Virus record (IMG/VR): IMGVR_UViG_3300042387_001967
Length of the DNA: 64,000 bases
Direction: 5' to 3' (one strand)
DNA from: a virus
Made by a program: the position numbers and the translations under genes
Notes under the pieces: generated by a model
The model's database searches: none
Seen by the model: only the letters and a program-made list of their open reading frames with translations
What the model was told of the DNA's origin: nothing
In this document: positions 19,317 to 27,909 of the stretch, piece after piece
Layout of the letters: every line of letters begins with the position of its first letter
Numbering within the stretch: position 1 is the stretch's first letter

Positions 19317-19844
19317 TCATGACTTCGCCGCCTTGCACGTCGCCATGGCCTCGTCGCGCAGCACTGGCGTGCCGGATTGTAGAAGAGTGATGCCGCGGAG
19401 GTGGTCGTGTTCGTGCTGGAACACGCGTGCCGGCAGACCGGTCAACTTCTTGTCCGCGATCTTGTGCCCCTGCTCGTTGGTCCAGGACGCCAGGATGACG
19501 TGTTCGCGTTCGACGCGGAACTGCCGTCCGGGTAGGGACAAGCAGCCTTCGACGTCGGTGACCTTGACCGACTTGGGCCCGGGGCGCCAGGTCGGGTTGA
19601 CGCACAGGTGCGCGACGCTCGAATTGACGTTCCCGGAGGACGTGACTCTGGCGCTCGCGGCCAGGAAGAAGAAATTCTCCCGCAGGCCGACCTGGTTCGC
19701 GGCGAGGCCGCATGCGGACTTCTCACGGGCGAGCCGCATCAGGTCCGGGCGGTAAGCGCGTATTGCCGCTGGGTCCGATTGTATCCCGGTCAGGTCTTCT
19801 CCGAGAATGTTGTCGCGCGTGTTGATCAGTTTTATGGTTATCAT
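19317..19844 (-). CDS. def: peptide deformylase
   Basis: All three PDF motifs: GLAANQVG, EGCLS and HEHDH. Confidence 0.95.
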   Translation of the reverse strand: MITIKLINTRDNILGEDLTGIQSDPAAIRAYRPDLMRLAREKSACGLAANQVGLRENFFFLAASARVTSSGNVNSSVAHLCVNPTWRPGPKSVKVTDVEGCLSLPGRQFRVEREHVILASWTNEQGHKIADKKLTGLPARVFQHEHDHLRGITLLQSGTPVLRDEAMATCKAAKS

Positions 19845-19854
19845 GGGTACAGCA

Positions 19855-19888
19855 AGAAGGCGTCCACGTGTACACGTGGACGCCTTCT
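19855..19888. other. perfect 34-bp palindrome at a module boundary
   Basis: AGAAGGCGTCCACGTGT|ACACGTGGACGCCTTCT. Confidence 0.9.
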
Positions 19889-19912
19889 GAAAGAGGTTAA
19901 GTTGTGGTCCGA

Positions 19913-20134
19913 CTAGACGGCCTGAGCGATGCTCGCTTCGGCTTCCTCGATCATCAGACCGGTGCCCAGCATGCGAGCGAGGGTCGCGACCTTCGTCAGC
20001 TGCTCGTCTTCGCGCGGCCAGCCGGCGGCGAGGAGCTCTTGCTGCTGCGGCGAGGCCGAGGCAGATTTTTCCAGGGTGGAGAATCCGGAACGAACAACAG
20101 CCCCGGTGATTTGGAGAAGCGCGAGATTAGTCAT
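19913..20134 (-). CDS. small hypothetical (virion block) protein
   Basis: 73 aa; contains EKSAS and TKVAT. Confidence 0.6.
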   Translation of the reverse strand: MTNLALLQITGAVVRSGFSTLEKSASASPQQQELLAAGWPREDEQLTKVATLARMLGTGLMIEEAEASIAQAV

Positions 20135-20170
20135 GGCGGAATCCTACGCCAGCCGGTCTCGCAGCTCAAG

Positions 20171-22084
20171 CTATTTCTGCATGACATCCGCCAGCGGCAC
20201 ACGCCCAGCGAGGACGTCCTCGAGCTGCTGCTTCGTCAGTCCCATCATCGTGCGCGCGGCGTCTTCCATCGCTGGATTGAGGATGGGCCGCGGCAGACGA
20301 ATGCGGCCCCACCGCTCTCCATTCAGCAGCCGATTGTCGAAAAGGCCACCGGGGATCGGTGTCAGGTTGCGAAGATTTACCATCTCGCCGTTTTCGACGT
20401 CGATCGGATCGCGCTCGTCCAGGTCGCCGTCCGTGAATGGCGCGAGGCGATACTTGCCCTTGCCGGAGTTGCGCGTGTTGATGCCGGCGCCCGCCAGCAG
20501 CGCGCGGAACTTGTGCCAGACAAACGGCTCGCCGATCTTTGGTAGCGTCTTGTCCGTGCGCAGTGCCATCCAGAAGTCGTGATTCTTCTGCCCGCGGATT
20601 GTGGCATTCTCCCGCATCAGCGAGTAGGCCCCGCTGGACAGTGTTGCAAAATTCTCGAGACCCGAGAAGCGTTTGGCCTGTGCGAATTCGCCACCGCCGC
20701 GCGTCGGCTGCTGATTCTGGTCGTAGCTGCCCGTGCCGCGGGCGCTGATCTTGCCTTCCGACGTGTGGTGGAGCTTGTGGACGAAACCGTAGCCCACCGT
20801 CACCGGCGCATCCAGCGTCCGGCCTTCTTCCGGATCGTAGACCATCTCCTGTGACTGCACGCCATTCTCGCGTTCCAACTGGTCGATGTAGTCGTTCCAG
20901 TTTTGTCCCTTCGGCAGGTAGCTGGGCAGCTTCAGCGCGTGCCCCAGCTTCTTGGCGACCTTGCCGAGCCGCAGCTCGTGCTGTGACGCCGGGTTCGCCC
21001 GGGAGACCAGGGACAGCGGATTGAGCAGCGCATCCAGCGGCTGTCCGTCCTCCGTCCGCGGCATCTGGTCGTCGGGAATGATCTTCGAGACGGTCGCCTT
21101 GGCGCCCTGCCGCAGCACGATCTTGTCTCCGACTTCCGTCGGCTTCAGGAATTTCAGCACCACCTTGTAGCCGTTCTTGGTCGCGCGCGCGGCGATGACC
21201 TGGGCCGGCTGCTGTCCGTGCCACACCTGAGCGGCGTCGCGGCGCTGCTGCCTCAGCGCCTTGCTGAGGCGCCCGATGTTTGCGCCGTCTGACGACAGCG
21301 TGCGAGGCATCGTCGCGAGCATGACGGGGTCGCCAGACTCCAGCACGGTGCCAGGTCGCACCAGCCCGTGTTCGTCAAAATTTTCCAGCTTCTCCTTGGT
21401 GAAGCGGTTCGGGAAGAGGGCGCGGTAGTGGCTGAGACCTGTCTTCAGATTGTCCGAGCGGTCCTGGTGCATCACCTTGTATTGGACGGCGGACAGGCGC
21501 TTGGCGAACGACTCGCTGACAGGCATGGCGTCGTCCATTCCGAAGCCCTTGAATGGCACCAGAGCGATGCGGGCGTTCAGCCCCATGTTTTGCACGCCGT
21601 TGTCGTCCGTGTAGGACGATGCTGCCATCATCTGCCCGGGTTTGAAGGTGTCACCTTTCTTGAGCAGTGCGCGGGAGGTTATGCCCGATTTCTGGTTGAA
21701 AAATTGTTCGTTGTACAGGTCGACGTCCGCCGTCTCGCCGTCATCGTAGGAGACGCGGATGTAGTCCGGCGTGACGCTGATGACGCGACCGGCACGCTTG
21801 GCGCGGACGGCGCCCATGTTCTCGCCGACGATTTCGTCAAAGCTGCGCCCTTCGGGGTCGGACGTGTCCAAGTTCTGGATCAGCGGAGCTTCGCCCTTGT
21901 CGATCGCCAGCGCCTGGTTCGCGAACCGCGCGCCGTAGAACAGCCGCGGCGCTTGCACTGCTCCCGCCAGCGGAATCATGTTGGTGTGTGACCCAAACTG
22001 CTGCGAGGGCGAGGACAGCTCGTAATCGACATCCGGATCGTCATCCGGCACCTCTTCGAGGCGGTTGTTGCGTACGACGTGCAT
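20171..22084 (-). CDS. multisubunit RNA polymerase: beta C-terminal half fused to beta' N-terminus
   Basis: Beta motifs: NMIPL..EAPLI, GLNARIALVPFKGFGMDD, GDKIVLRQGAK, QMPRTEDGQPLDALLNPL..SRAN, HKLHH..KISARGTG..QQP. These are followed by a beta' N-terminal pattern: ENGEMVNLRNLTPIPGGLFD..WGRIRLPRP. Confidence 0.92.
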   Translation of the reverse strand: MHVVRNNRLEEVPDDDPDVDYELSSPSQQFGSHTNMIPLAGAVQAPRLFYGARFANQALAIDKGEAPLIQNLDTSDPEGRSFDEIVGENMGAVRAKRAGRVISVTPDYIRVSYDDGETADVDLYNEQFFNQKSGITSRALLKKGDTFKPGQMMAASSYTDDNGVQNMGLNARIALVPFKGFGMDDAMPVSESFAKRLSAVQYKVMHQDRSDNLKTGLSHYRALFPNRFTKEKLENFDEHGLVRPGTVLESGDPVMLATMPRTLSSDGANIGRLSKALRQQRRDAAQVWHGQQPAQVIAARATKNGYKVVLKFLKPTEVGDKIVLRQGAKATVSKIIPDDQMPRTEDGQPLDALLNPLSLVSRANPASQHELRLGKVAKKLGHALKLPSYLPKGQNWNDYIDQLERENGVQSQEMVYDPEEGRTLDAPVTVGYGFVHKLHHTSEGKISARGTGSYDQNQQPTRGGGEFAQAKRFSGLENFATLSSGAYSLMRENATIRGQKNHDFWMALRTDKTLPKIGEPFVWHKFRALLAGAGINTRNSGKGKYRLAPFTDGDLDERDPIDVENGEMVNLRNLTPIPGGLFDNRLLNGERWGRIRLPRPILNPAMEDAARTMMGLTKQQLEDVLAGRVPLADVMQK

Positions 22085-22087
22085 GCG

Positions 22088-24184
22088 CTAGGACTGAGCC
22101 GCGGCGAGGCGCGGATCGGTTGTGATCTGGTTGCCGTAGATCTGACTGATGATCCCCATCCGATCGGGTGAGTTTACCATGTCGGACTCGCGCATGTAGC
22201 GCGGCGGCTGAGGCGTAGTGAGACGCTTCTTCAGCATCCAATCGAACATCGTGTCTCCAAGCGCTCCGTAGGATGCGCGATAGAGTCCAAGCCGCGGAAA
22301 CAGCGCGTTGGCGCCGGCGTGATTGTTGAGCATCTGCCCTGATTCGGGCGCGAGATGCCGGAAAGGCTTCGGCACGGTCCGTCCGGTCTCCGGGTCGATC
22401 GAGCCGGGCACACCGGCGGTGCCAGTGGTGTAACTATCGTTGCCGTTGACCTGCAGACGCCCAGGTGCAGGAGGTCCGATCATCGGCGGCGGCGGACTTG
22501 CGACTTCGGGCGGCTCGGGCGGTATGCCGGTGGTGTAGGATCGTCCGTTCACCACCGTGTTGCCCTGCGCGGCCGCCTTGATTTGACCGACACGCTTCTG
22601 CAGCCGATCGATGCGGTTGCCGATCAGCCGTCCGGCGATCGTGTTCTCGCTGTCGCTCGCGGACGCCGCGCCGTCCGCCTGGGCCTTGCCCATCGCGGCC
22701 GTCATCTTCGCCTGCTCCTTCTGCACTGCGGACGTGGCCTTTGCCTGCTCCTTCTGCAGTGCAGCCGTGGCCTTTGCCGTCTCGAGCTGCAACTTCAGCA
22801 CTTCTTTTTCCTGCTGCTGCTTGCCCAGCTCTTGCTGAAAGCGCTGCTCCTGCTCCATCTGCGCCTGCGTGGCTGCCTGCTCCGTCTGGCCCTGCTGCTG
22901 TGCAGCGGCCTGCTCGGCCTGCATGGCTTTTTGTTCGGCCTGCATCACCGCAGGGTTTGCGGCCGGCGGTGGCGTGATGGAGTTGGCAGTCGCCTGCTGC
23001 TGATTCTGCATCCGCAGCGCTGGGTTCTGTCCGAGCTGCGGCGGCACTGGGACGGCGCCGGCCGGCGCTGGTCCTAGCGCATACTTGGTGAGTTCGGCGA
23101 CGAGACCCACCAGCGACGCAGCGGACTTCTCCACAGGCTGCGGCTGCTTCTCGTTGCGATGCTTCGTGCGCGCGCGAGTTTCCGTGCGCAGGCGGCGGCG
23201 TGTATCGCGCCCCAACCGCTGCAGCAGCGTGTTTGAGAGCTGCAGGTTTCCGACAGGCATCTGAATTTGCGTTTCGATGTCGCCGGGGTTCGCTGTCGGC
23301 AGCGTGACGCTCGCCGTCCCGGCTGAGTCCAGAGCCAGCCGCTTCTGCTCCATGTCGCTGTTCTGCTTCGCCTTGTAGAGCAGTATACCGAGGGCACCCA
23401 GGCCGAGCCCGCCGGCTCCCAACCAGACTTCCTTCGGGATGGATTTGATCGGGTTCTCGGCTGGCGGTTTCGCGCGGTCGTGTGCAAAGGATTTCGCCGC
23501 CTCGGTCGCCGCGTTGTCGACGTTGTAGAGAGTGCCGACTCCTTTCATCGCGAGATCTTTGGTCGGCGCGAGCGCGATAGCACCGAGCCCGGTGAGGACG
23601 TTCTTGCTCGCGATCTGATGTCCGCCGACGGCCCCGAGCAGGGCGTTCAGCCCGCCCATCAGCGTGCGCTCCTTGTCCCACTTCCACGGTTGGAAGGTGC
23701 TGCCGATCGGACGCTTCGTGTCGGCCGCCTGGTCGAAGAACGCGGTCGTGCCGAGTGCTCCGAGAACGCTGGCCAGCGCTTGGGTTTTGGTGTTCGCACA
23801 CTTCTCGATGACCTCGATGTTCAGACTGCGCGCCAGGGCCTTGGACGGCGAGTTGTGCCGCATGATCATGGCCTTCACGTCATCGCAATGATCGCGGACT
23901 TCCCGGATGACTTGCGCGACGGCCGACTTCGCGAAGCCACGCTCACGGTAGGCCGGCAGAATGCCGACCGCGTAGTATCCGACTTTTTTTTCGCCCTCGT
24001 CGAACTTCTGCCAGCCGACAAAACCCACCGGGTCCGCGGTGGCAGATTCTTTCACGAGATACAGCCCGCCGTTGAACTGATTGGTCTTCAGTCCGTGCGG
24101 CCAGTAGGACGGATCCTCGTGCAGGATCCGACTCATGATGCCTTCGACGATGGGCAGCTCGGAGGCCGCGGCAACTTTGATCAT
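22088..24184 (-). CDS. GNAT acetyltransferase / glycine-zipper / coiled-coil multidomain protein
   Basis: Likely start MIKVAA at 24184. GNAT motif A VGILPAYRERGFAKS and NSPS; then GxxxG hydrophobic helices and a Q/A-rich coil. Confidence 0.75.
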   Translation of the reverse strand: MIKVAAASELPIVEGIMSRILHEDPSYWPHGLKTNQFNGGLYLVKESATADPVGFVGWQKFDEGEKKVGYYAVGILPAYRERGFAKSAVAQVIREVRDHCDDVKAMIMRHNSPSKALARSLNIEVIEKCANTKTQALASVLGALGTTAFFDQAADTKRPIGSTFQPWKWDKERTLMGGLNALLGAVGGHQIASKNVLTGLGAIALAPTKDLAMKGVGTLYNVDNAATEAAKSFAHDRAKPPAENPIKSIPKEVWLGAGGLGLGALGILLYKAKQNSDMEQKRLALDSAGTASVTLPTANPGDIETQIQMPVGNLQLSNTLLQRLGRDTRRRLRTETRARTKHRNEKQPQPVEKSAASLVGLVAELTKYALGPAPAGAVPVPPQLGQNPALRMQNQQQATANSITPPPAANPAVMQAEQKAMQAEQAAAQQQGQTEQAATQAQMEQEQRFQQELGKQQQEKEVLKLQLETAKATAALQKEQAKATSAVQKEQAKMTAAMGKAQADGAASASDSENTIAGRLIGNRIDRLQKRVGQIKAAAQGNTVVNGRSYTTGIPPEPPEVASPPPPMIGPPAPGRLQVNGNDSYTTGTAGVPGSIDPETGRTVPKPFRHLAPESGQMLNNHAGANALFPRLGLYRASYGALGDTMFDWMLKKRLTTPQPPRYMRESDMVNSPDRMGIISQIYGNQITTDPRLAAAQS

Positions 24185-24224
24185 GCGGAATGCTACCGCA
24201 CTTTCCGTCGCAGGTAAAGAGGAA

Positions 24225-24260
24225 GCAGCCGCCGCCACCGGTGAGGGTGGCGGCGGCTGC
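24225..24260 (-). terminator. 15-bp stem hairpin followed by a pyrimidine tract
   Basis: GCAGCCGCCGCCACC-ggtgag-GGTGGCGGCGGCTGC; on the minus strand followed by TTCCTCTTTACCT. Confidence 0.65.
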
Positions 24261-24290
24261 GACGATTTCCTTGTAGTGGTTGCGCGCGGC

Positions 24291-25190
24291 TTACGCCGCG
24301 CCGTCCTCTTTTGCGGCGTCGAACGCCGCTGCGACGCTGCCCTCGAACGCAGCGTGAACTTCCAGCCCGCCTCCGCCGTGTTGCGCACTATAGCGAGCGG
24401 TCCGCGCGCTGTCGCGTTTGACTTTCGCCGCCTTACGCATCTCGCCCTCCCCAGTAAGCTCGCGAACAAGCACGGGGGGCGCTCCGATTATTTTCGGAAT
24501 CGTTGCCTTGTCGAACCCACCAAAGCACTGGCACGCGGCGAGGAATGGGTCCCACGCTGTGACGTGGTTCTCGGCGAACTCCCGCGCCGACGGGGCCAGT
24601 CTGGCCATGAGGTCTGACGCGCTGGAGCCAGGCACTACCATGCCTTTCACCTCTTTCCATGTCCGAGGGTCCAGATACTGCTCGGCATTCTTGCTGTTCG
24701 GCAGGTGTCCGTCCATCCGCTTTAGAGGATCCAGGTAGCCCTTCATGATCCCCCAGCCTGCCGCCGTGGGCAGCAGGCGTCCCATGTAGGCCGACAACCA
24801 CGGGATCTCGACCATTTTGATCGTATAGTCGCGCCGCGCCTCGTCACCATCCAGGACTGTCACCGTCGCATCCGGATGTTTGCCGGCTTTCATGCCGGCC
24901 GCGACCATCTCTAGCGTAAGCGACACCACGTGATGTCGCGTGTCCGACTCCTTCCTGCGGAACATAGCAGCCAAGACCGCCAGGATTTTACTGTCGTCGT
25001 CAAGGACGGTGAGTGCGCACATTTCCATGCTGGAGAGGAAGCAGCCACTCCATCGGTGACCGTAGTCGGTGCTGAGACGTTCCGGAGACGTCTGTTGTAG
25101 CCGCGGGTCCTCCAGTGGACTCAATGGCAACTGGGCAATTGAGGTTTTATATTGCTGCTTAGTCTCTTGATCGTAGTTGTCGTTATCCAT
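24291..25190 (-). CDS. hypothetical protein
   Basis: 299-aa ORF after an (AACC)n leader. Confidence 0.7.
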   Translation of the reverse strand: MDNDNYDQETKQQYKTSIAQLPLSPLEDPRLQQTSPERLSTDYGHRWSGCFLSSMEMCALTVLDDDSKILAVLAAMFRRKESDTRHHVVSLTLEMVAAGMKAGKHPDATVTVLDGDEARRDYTIKMVEIPWLSAYMGRLLPTAAGWGIMKGYLDPLKRMDGHLPNSKNAEQYLDPRTWKEVKGMVVPGSSASDLMARLAPSAREFAENHVTAWDPFLAACQCFGGFDKATIPKIIGAPPVLVRELTGEGEMRKAAKVKRDSARTARYSAQHGGGGLEVHAAFEGSVAAAFDAAKEDGAA

Positions 25191-25252
25191 TTTACTTGGT
25201 TGGTTGGTTGGTGTTCGTTACGCGAACGGCATGAATTGCCGCTAGCAATGTA

Positions 25253-25678
25253 TTATGACGCAATCCGCGTCATTTTTGCATGGAGCGCCGCGTGCTCCTG
25301 AACACTCACCTGCACCGTCATTGGCGGTTTTCCGCGCAGCTTCGAGCTATACAACCCCAGAATCCGCCGTGCCCTACCCTCCAGGCGACCGTTGATGTCC
25401 CGCGGACGCAGCGTCCAGCCGATCACCGGCAGTCCTTTGAGATTCCATTTGAGCACCCGGATGAAGTAAATGCGGGCCGGCTGTCCGGGTAGTCGCAGCT
25501 GATCCAGCGCTCCTATCAGTTTTCCGTAACGGTCGATGCGGTAGATCACCGACGGGTAGCATGGGATCTCGGCCAGGCTGTAAATCAAGCTGATGGCCCG
25601 CTTCGTGTCGCGTATCCCGTACACGACCACTGAGTCCAGCGGTTTGCTTACGGCGTCCGGTGTCGGAGCATCAGCCAC
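25253..25678 (-). CDS. basic hypothetical protein
   Basis: Probable GTG start at 25678 overlapping the upstream stop. Confidence 0.5.
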   Translation of the reverse strand: MADAPTPDAVSKPLDSVVVYGIRDTKRAISLIYSLAEIPCYPSVIYRIDRYGKLIGALDQLRLPGQPARIYFIRVLKWNLKGLPVIGWTLRPRDINGRLEGRARRILGLYSSKLRGKPPMTVQVSVQEHAALHAKMTRIAS

Positions 25679-26384
25679 GCGGGTAGAGCACCTGCACCGC
25701 CAGCCGGCGCGTGAGGTTGACAGACACCCCGTCGCGTCCTGGCGGAATGTCGGCGGAGCAGTCGGCTGCGTCGAACGGCACATCGAACACCTGCACGTCG
25801 TAGCGTCGGTTCCCTTTCCCGGCGACGATACAGACCTGCTTGCCGCTTTCGATGGCGTTGATGACACCCTCGATCTCCGCCTTCGCCTCTTCGATACCCA
25901 TGAGCGAGCCAATGTTCTTAAACAGCGATGCGCGCGCTGCGGCGGACAACCGCACCGCCGGGGTTGTCGGAACTTCTGATCGTAGATGCTCAACGGTGGC
26001 GCTCGTCACCGCGGCGAATGCGTCAGTCACCGCGGATGGGATAACGACAACGGACAGGTCGCTCGCGGCTGTTGGCTGAGTCGGAATGGCGATGTCGATA
26101 TGCGCATCCAAGCCGTCCACGATCCGCCTGGAAATCTCGGCTCGCGTGCCTTCCGTATCGAGTCCCATGGATATAACGACAACGGACGGGTCGCTCGCGG
26201 CTGTTGGCTGAGTCGGAATGGCGATGTCGATATGCGCATCCAAGCCGTCCACGATCCGCCTGGAAATCTCGGCTCGCGTGCCTTCCGTATCGAGTCCCAT
26301 GGATTCCGCGATGGCAATCACATCCGTTTTGCGGGGCAGTTCGGCAAGTGATTCGATGGTGTGAGGCGTAGCGGATTCGTTCAT
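25671..26384 (-). CDS. hypothetical protein with duplicated SAP/HeH-like segment
   Basis: KTDVIAIAESMGLDTEGTRAEISRRI resembles SAP/HeH; a 44-aa segment is present twice. Confidence 0.65.
   Translation of the reverse strand: MNESATPHTIESLAELPRKTDVIAIAESMGLDTEGTRAEISRRIVDGLDAHIDIAIPTQPTAASDPSVVVISMGLDTEGTRAEISRRIVDGLDAHIDIAIPTQPTAASDLSVVVIPSAVTDAFAAVTSATVEHLRSEVPTTPAVRLSAAARASLFKNIGSLMGIEEAKAEIEGVINAIESGKQVCIVAGKGNRRYDVQVFDVPFDAADCSADIPPGRDGVSVNLTRRLAVQVLYPRG
26041..26304. repeat. tandem 2 x 132-bp duplication
   Basis: 26041-26172 and 26173-26304 differ at one base (CCG/CTG, Pro/Leu). Confidence 0.95.
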
Positions 26385-26397
26385 GGTGTCGGGTTGG

Positions 26398-27174
26398 TTA
26401 TCGGATTTTGACGTTGAGACCAGCTTGGAAGTCGGTCACTTTCTGGAGCATGACATCCTGGTCCAGGCAGGTAAAGGCGAAAGGATACTCAGGGTCGCCG
26501 GCACACTTGTTCTTCCGCTTGCGCACGTCCCTCCAGTGCGCGTCGAACGTCGAGTCGGAGATCGGCTCCGCTACCACGCCGTCGTCCACCTTCGGATAAA
26601 CCTCCCGCAGATCCTCGAACATGAACTCAGGACGCGGCGGACGCTCCCATCGTTGCCACAGGCGCAGGGCCAGCTCCGCGGCTTTCTGCACTTCCATGGG
26701 CGCGTAGATGAAATACTCGCGATGCGTCGGCTCGATCTGGAACTTGCTGTGATAGACCAGCAGCGTCACGATGTATGGCACCTGCGCACGCACAAGCGAC
26801 TCGCGAATCGGATCTCCGGACTGTCCGCTATCGTCGTAATTGCCGACGCGAGCCATCCCCTGGATGTAGTAGGTCCGCATCTGCTTGGCGGACAGCACCG
26901 CGCCGTGCTTCGGATTATCCACGGGCCGCCCGAGATGATCCCGCAACTGCACATTTTTGAAAATCTGCGCGTGTCTGGCTGTGTTTTCCATGCCCCAGTA
27001 ATGCGTCGCCGCCCGGATTCCGTCAACCCGTTTCTCTCTAAGCAAATTACGTTTCGCGCCGGGTATCATGGGTCGGTGCAGTGTATTTGACAATCCGTGA
27101 TACCCTGGTCTCGTGCGCGGCGCCCCCGAACGCGTTGAGCTACCGCGTCTTACAGATTTCGACTCGAGTATCAT
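26398..27174 (-). CDS. hypothetical protein
   Basis: 258-aa ORF; alternative start MIPGAK at 27069. Confidence 0.6.
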   Translation of the reverse strand: MILESKSVRRGSSTRSGAPRTRPGYHGLSNTLHRPMIPGAKRNLLREKRVDGIRAATHYWGMENTARHAQIFKNVQLRDHLGRPVDNPKHGAVLSAKQMRTYYIQGMARVGNYDDSGQSGDPIRESLVRAQVPYIVTLLVYHSKFQIEPTHREYFIYAPMEVQKAAELALRLWQRWERPPRPEFMFEDLREVYPKVDDGVVAEPISDSTFDAHWRDVRKRKNKCAGDPEYPFAFTCLDQDVMLQKVTDFQAGLNVKIR

Positions 27175-27241
27175 TTTGCCTCTTTTGAACTTCCCGATCG
27201 AGTATCATTTAGCCGTTTGCATGATACCTTTCTTCTGGGTC

Positions 27242-27814
27242 CTATAATGCTGGCGGCAAAACCACCTCGCGCGTGATGCGCAGAGTCTCGAACTTTCCAG
27301 GCTCCAATTTCAGCGTGTGGATGTAGTATCGGGTCGGCAGATTCAGCCACCGCGTCAGTTCCTGTTTCGCCCGTGGAACACTGCCCTTGGCTGGCTTCGG
27401 CATGCCTGGCTCTTGCAGGGATTTCAACCGCATCAGGTAGAGTGCGGTGTCTGACGTCGGCAGCGTGGCGACGTTCGGCGAGATCATGTGATACTCCGCG
27501 CCCCTGGAGCCGCCGCTGCCTTCTTCGCGCGCCTGCGTGGACTTCTCGCGAGACTCGATCAGCTGCGCTCGTGCTGCGATCAGATCGACCAGCTGCAGGT
27601 CGCCACGATCGGACGCCGCCAGGTTATCGTCCACTTTCGCTTCCCGCAGCCGCTTCAGATCTTCGGCTTGCATCGCGGCGTATGCTTCCAAGGACAGAAG
27701 CTCTACCCGGATGTCTTTTGCGACGCCTTCGGAATCGCGGTAGTTGAGGATCTCGATCGTGGTGCCTGGCGCTGCGCTCAGTAGCGCGGCTTTGATTTGT
27801 GTGATGTCGTTCAT
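27242..27814 (-). CDS. hypothetical protein
   Basis: Start MNDITQ at 27814 after an AC-rich leader. Confidence 0.65.
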   Translation of the reverse strand: MNDITQIKAALLSAAPGTTIEILNYRDSEGVAKDIRVELLSLEAYAAMQAEDLKRLREAKVDDNLAASDRGDLQLVDLIAARAQLIESREKSTQAREEGSGGSRGAEYHMISPNVATLPTSDTALYLMRLKSLQEPGMPKPAKGSVPRAKQELTRWLNLPTRYYIHTLKLEPGKFETLRITREVVLPPAL

Positions 27815-27841
27815 GATGATGTGATGGTTGTTGGTGTACGC

Positions 27842-27877
27842 AAAAAGCCCGGTCACCGCACTGGGCGATGACCGGGC
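27842..27877 (-). terminator. intrinsic terminator
   Basis: GCCCGGTCA-loop-TGACCGGGC followed by TTTTT on the minus strand, just downstream of the 27910 stop. Confidence 0.75.
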
Positions 27878-27909
27878 AGATGAACCGCAAAGAAATTCTA
27901 CATTTTGTC

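Noticed and set aside
24185-24469. Track start of the 793-aa ORF at 24469
   Set aside because: It overlaps the 24291..25190 gene and crosses a hairpin; ATG 24184 begins the GNAT domain and is more plausible.
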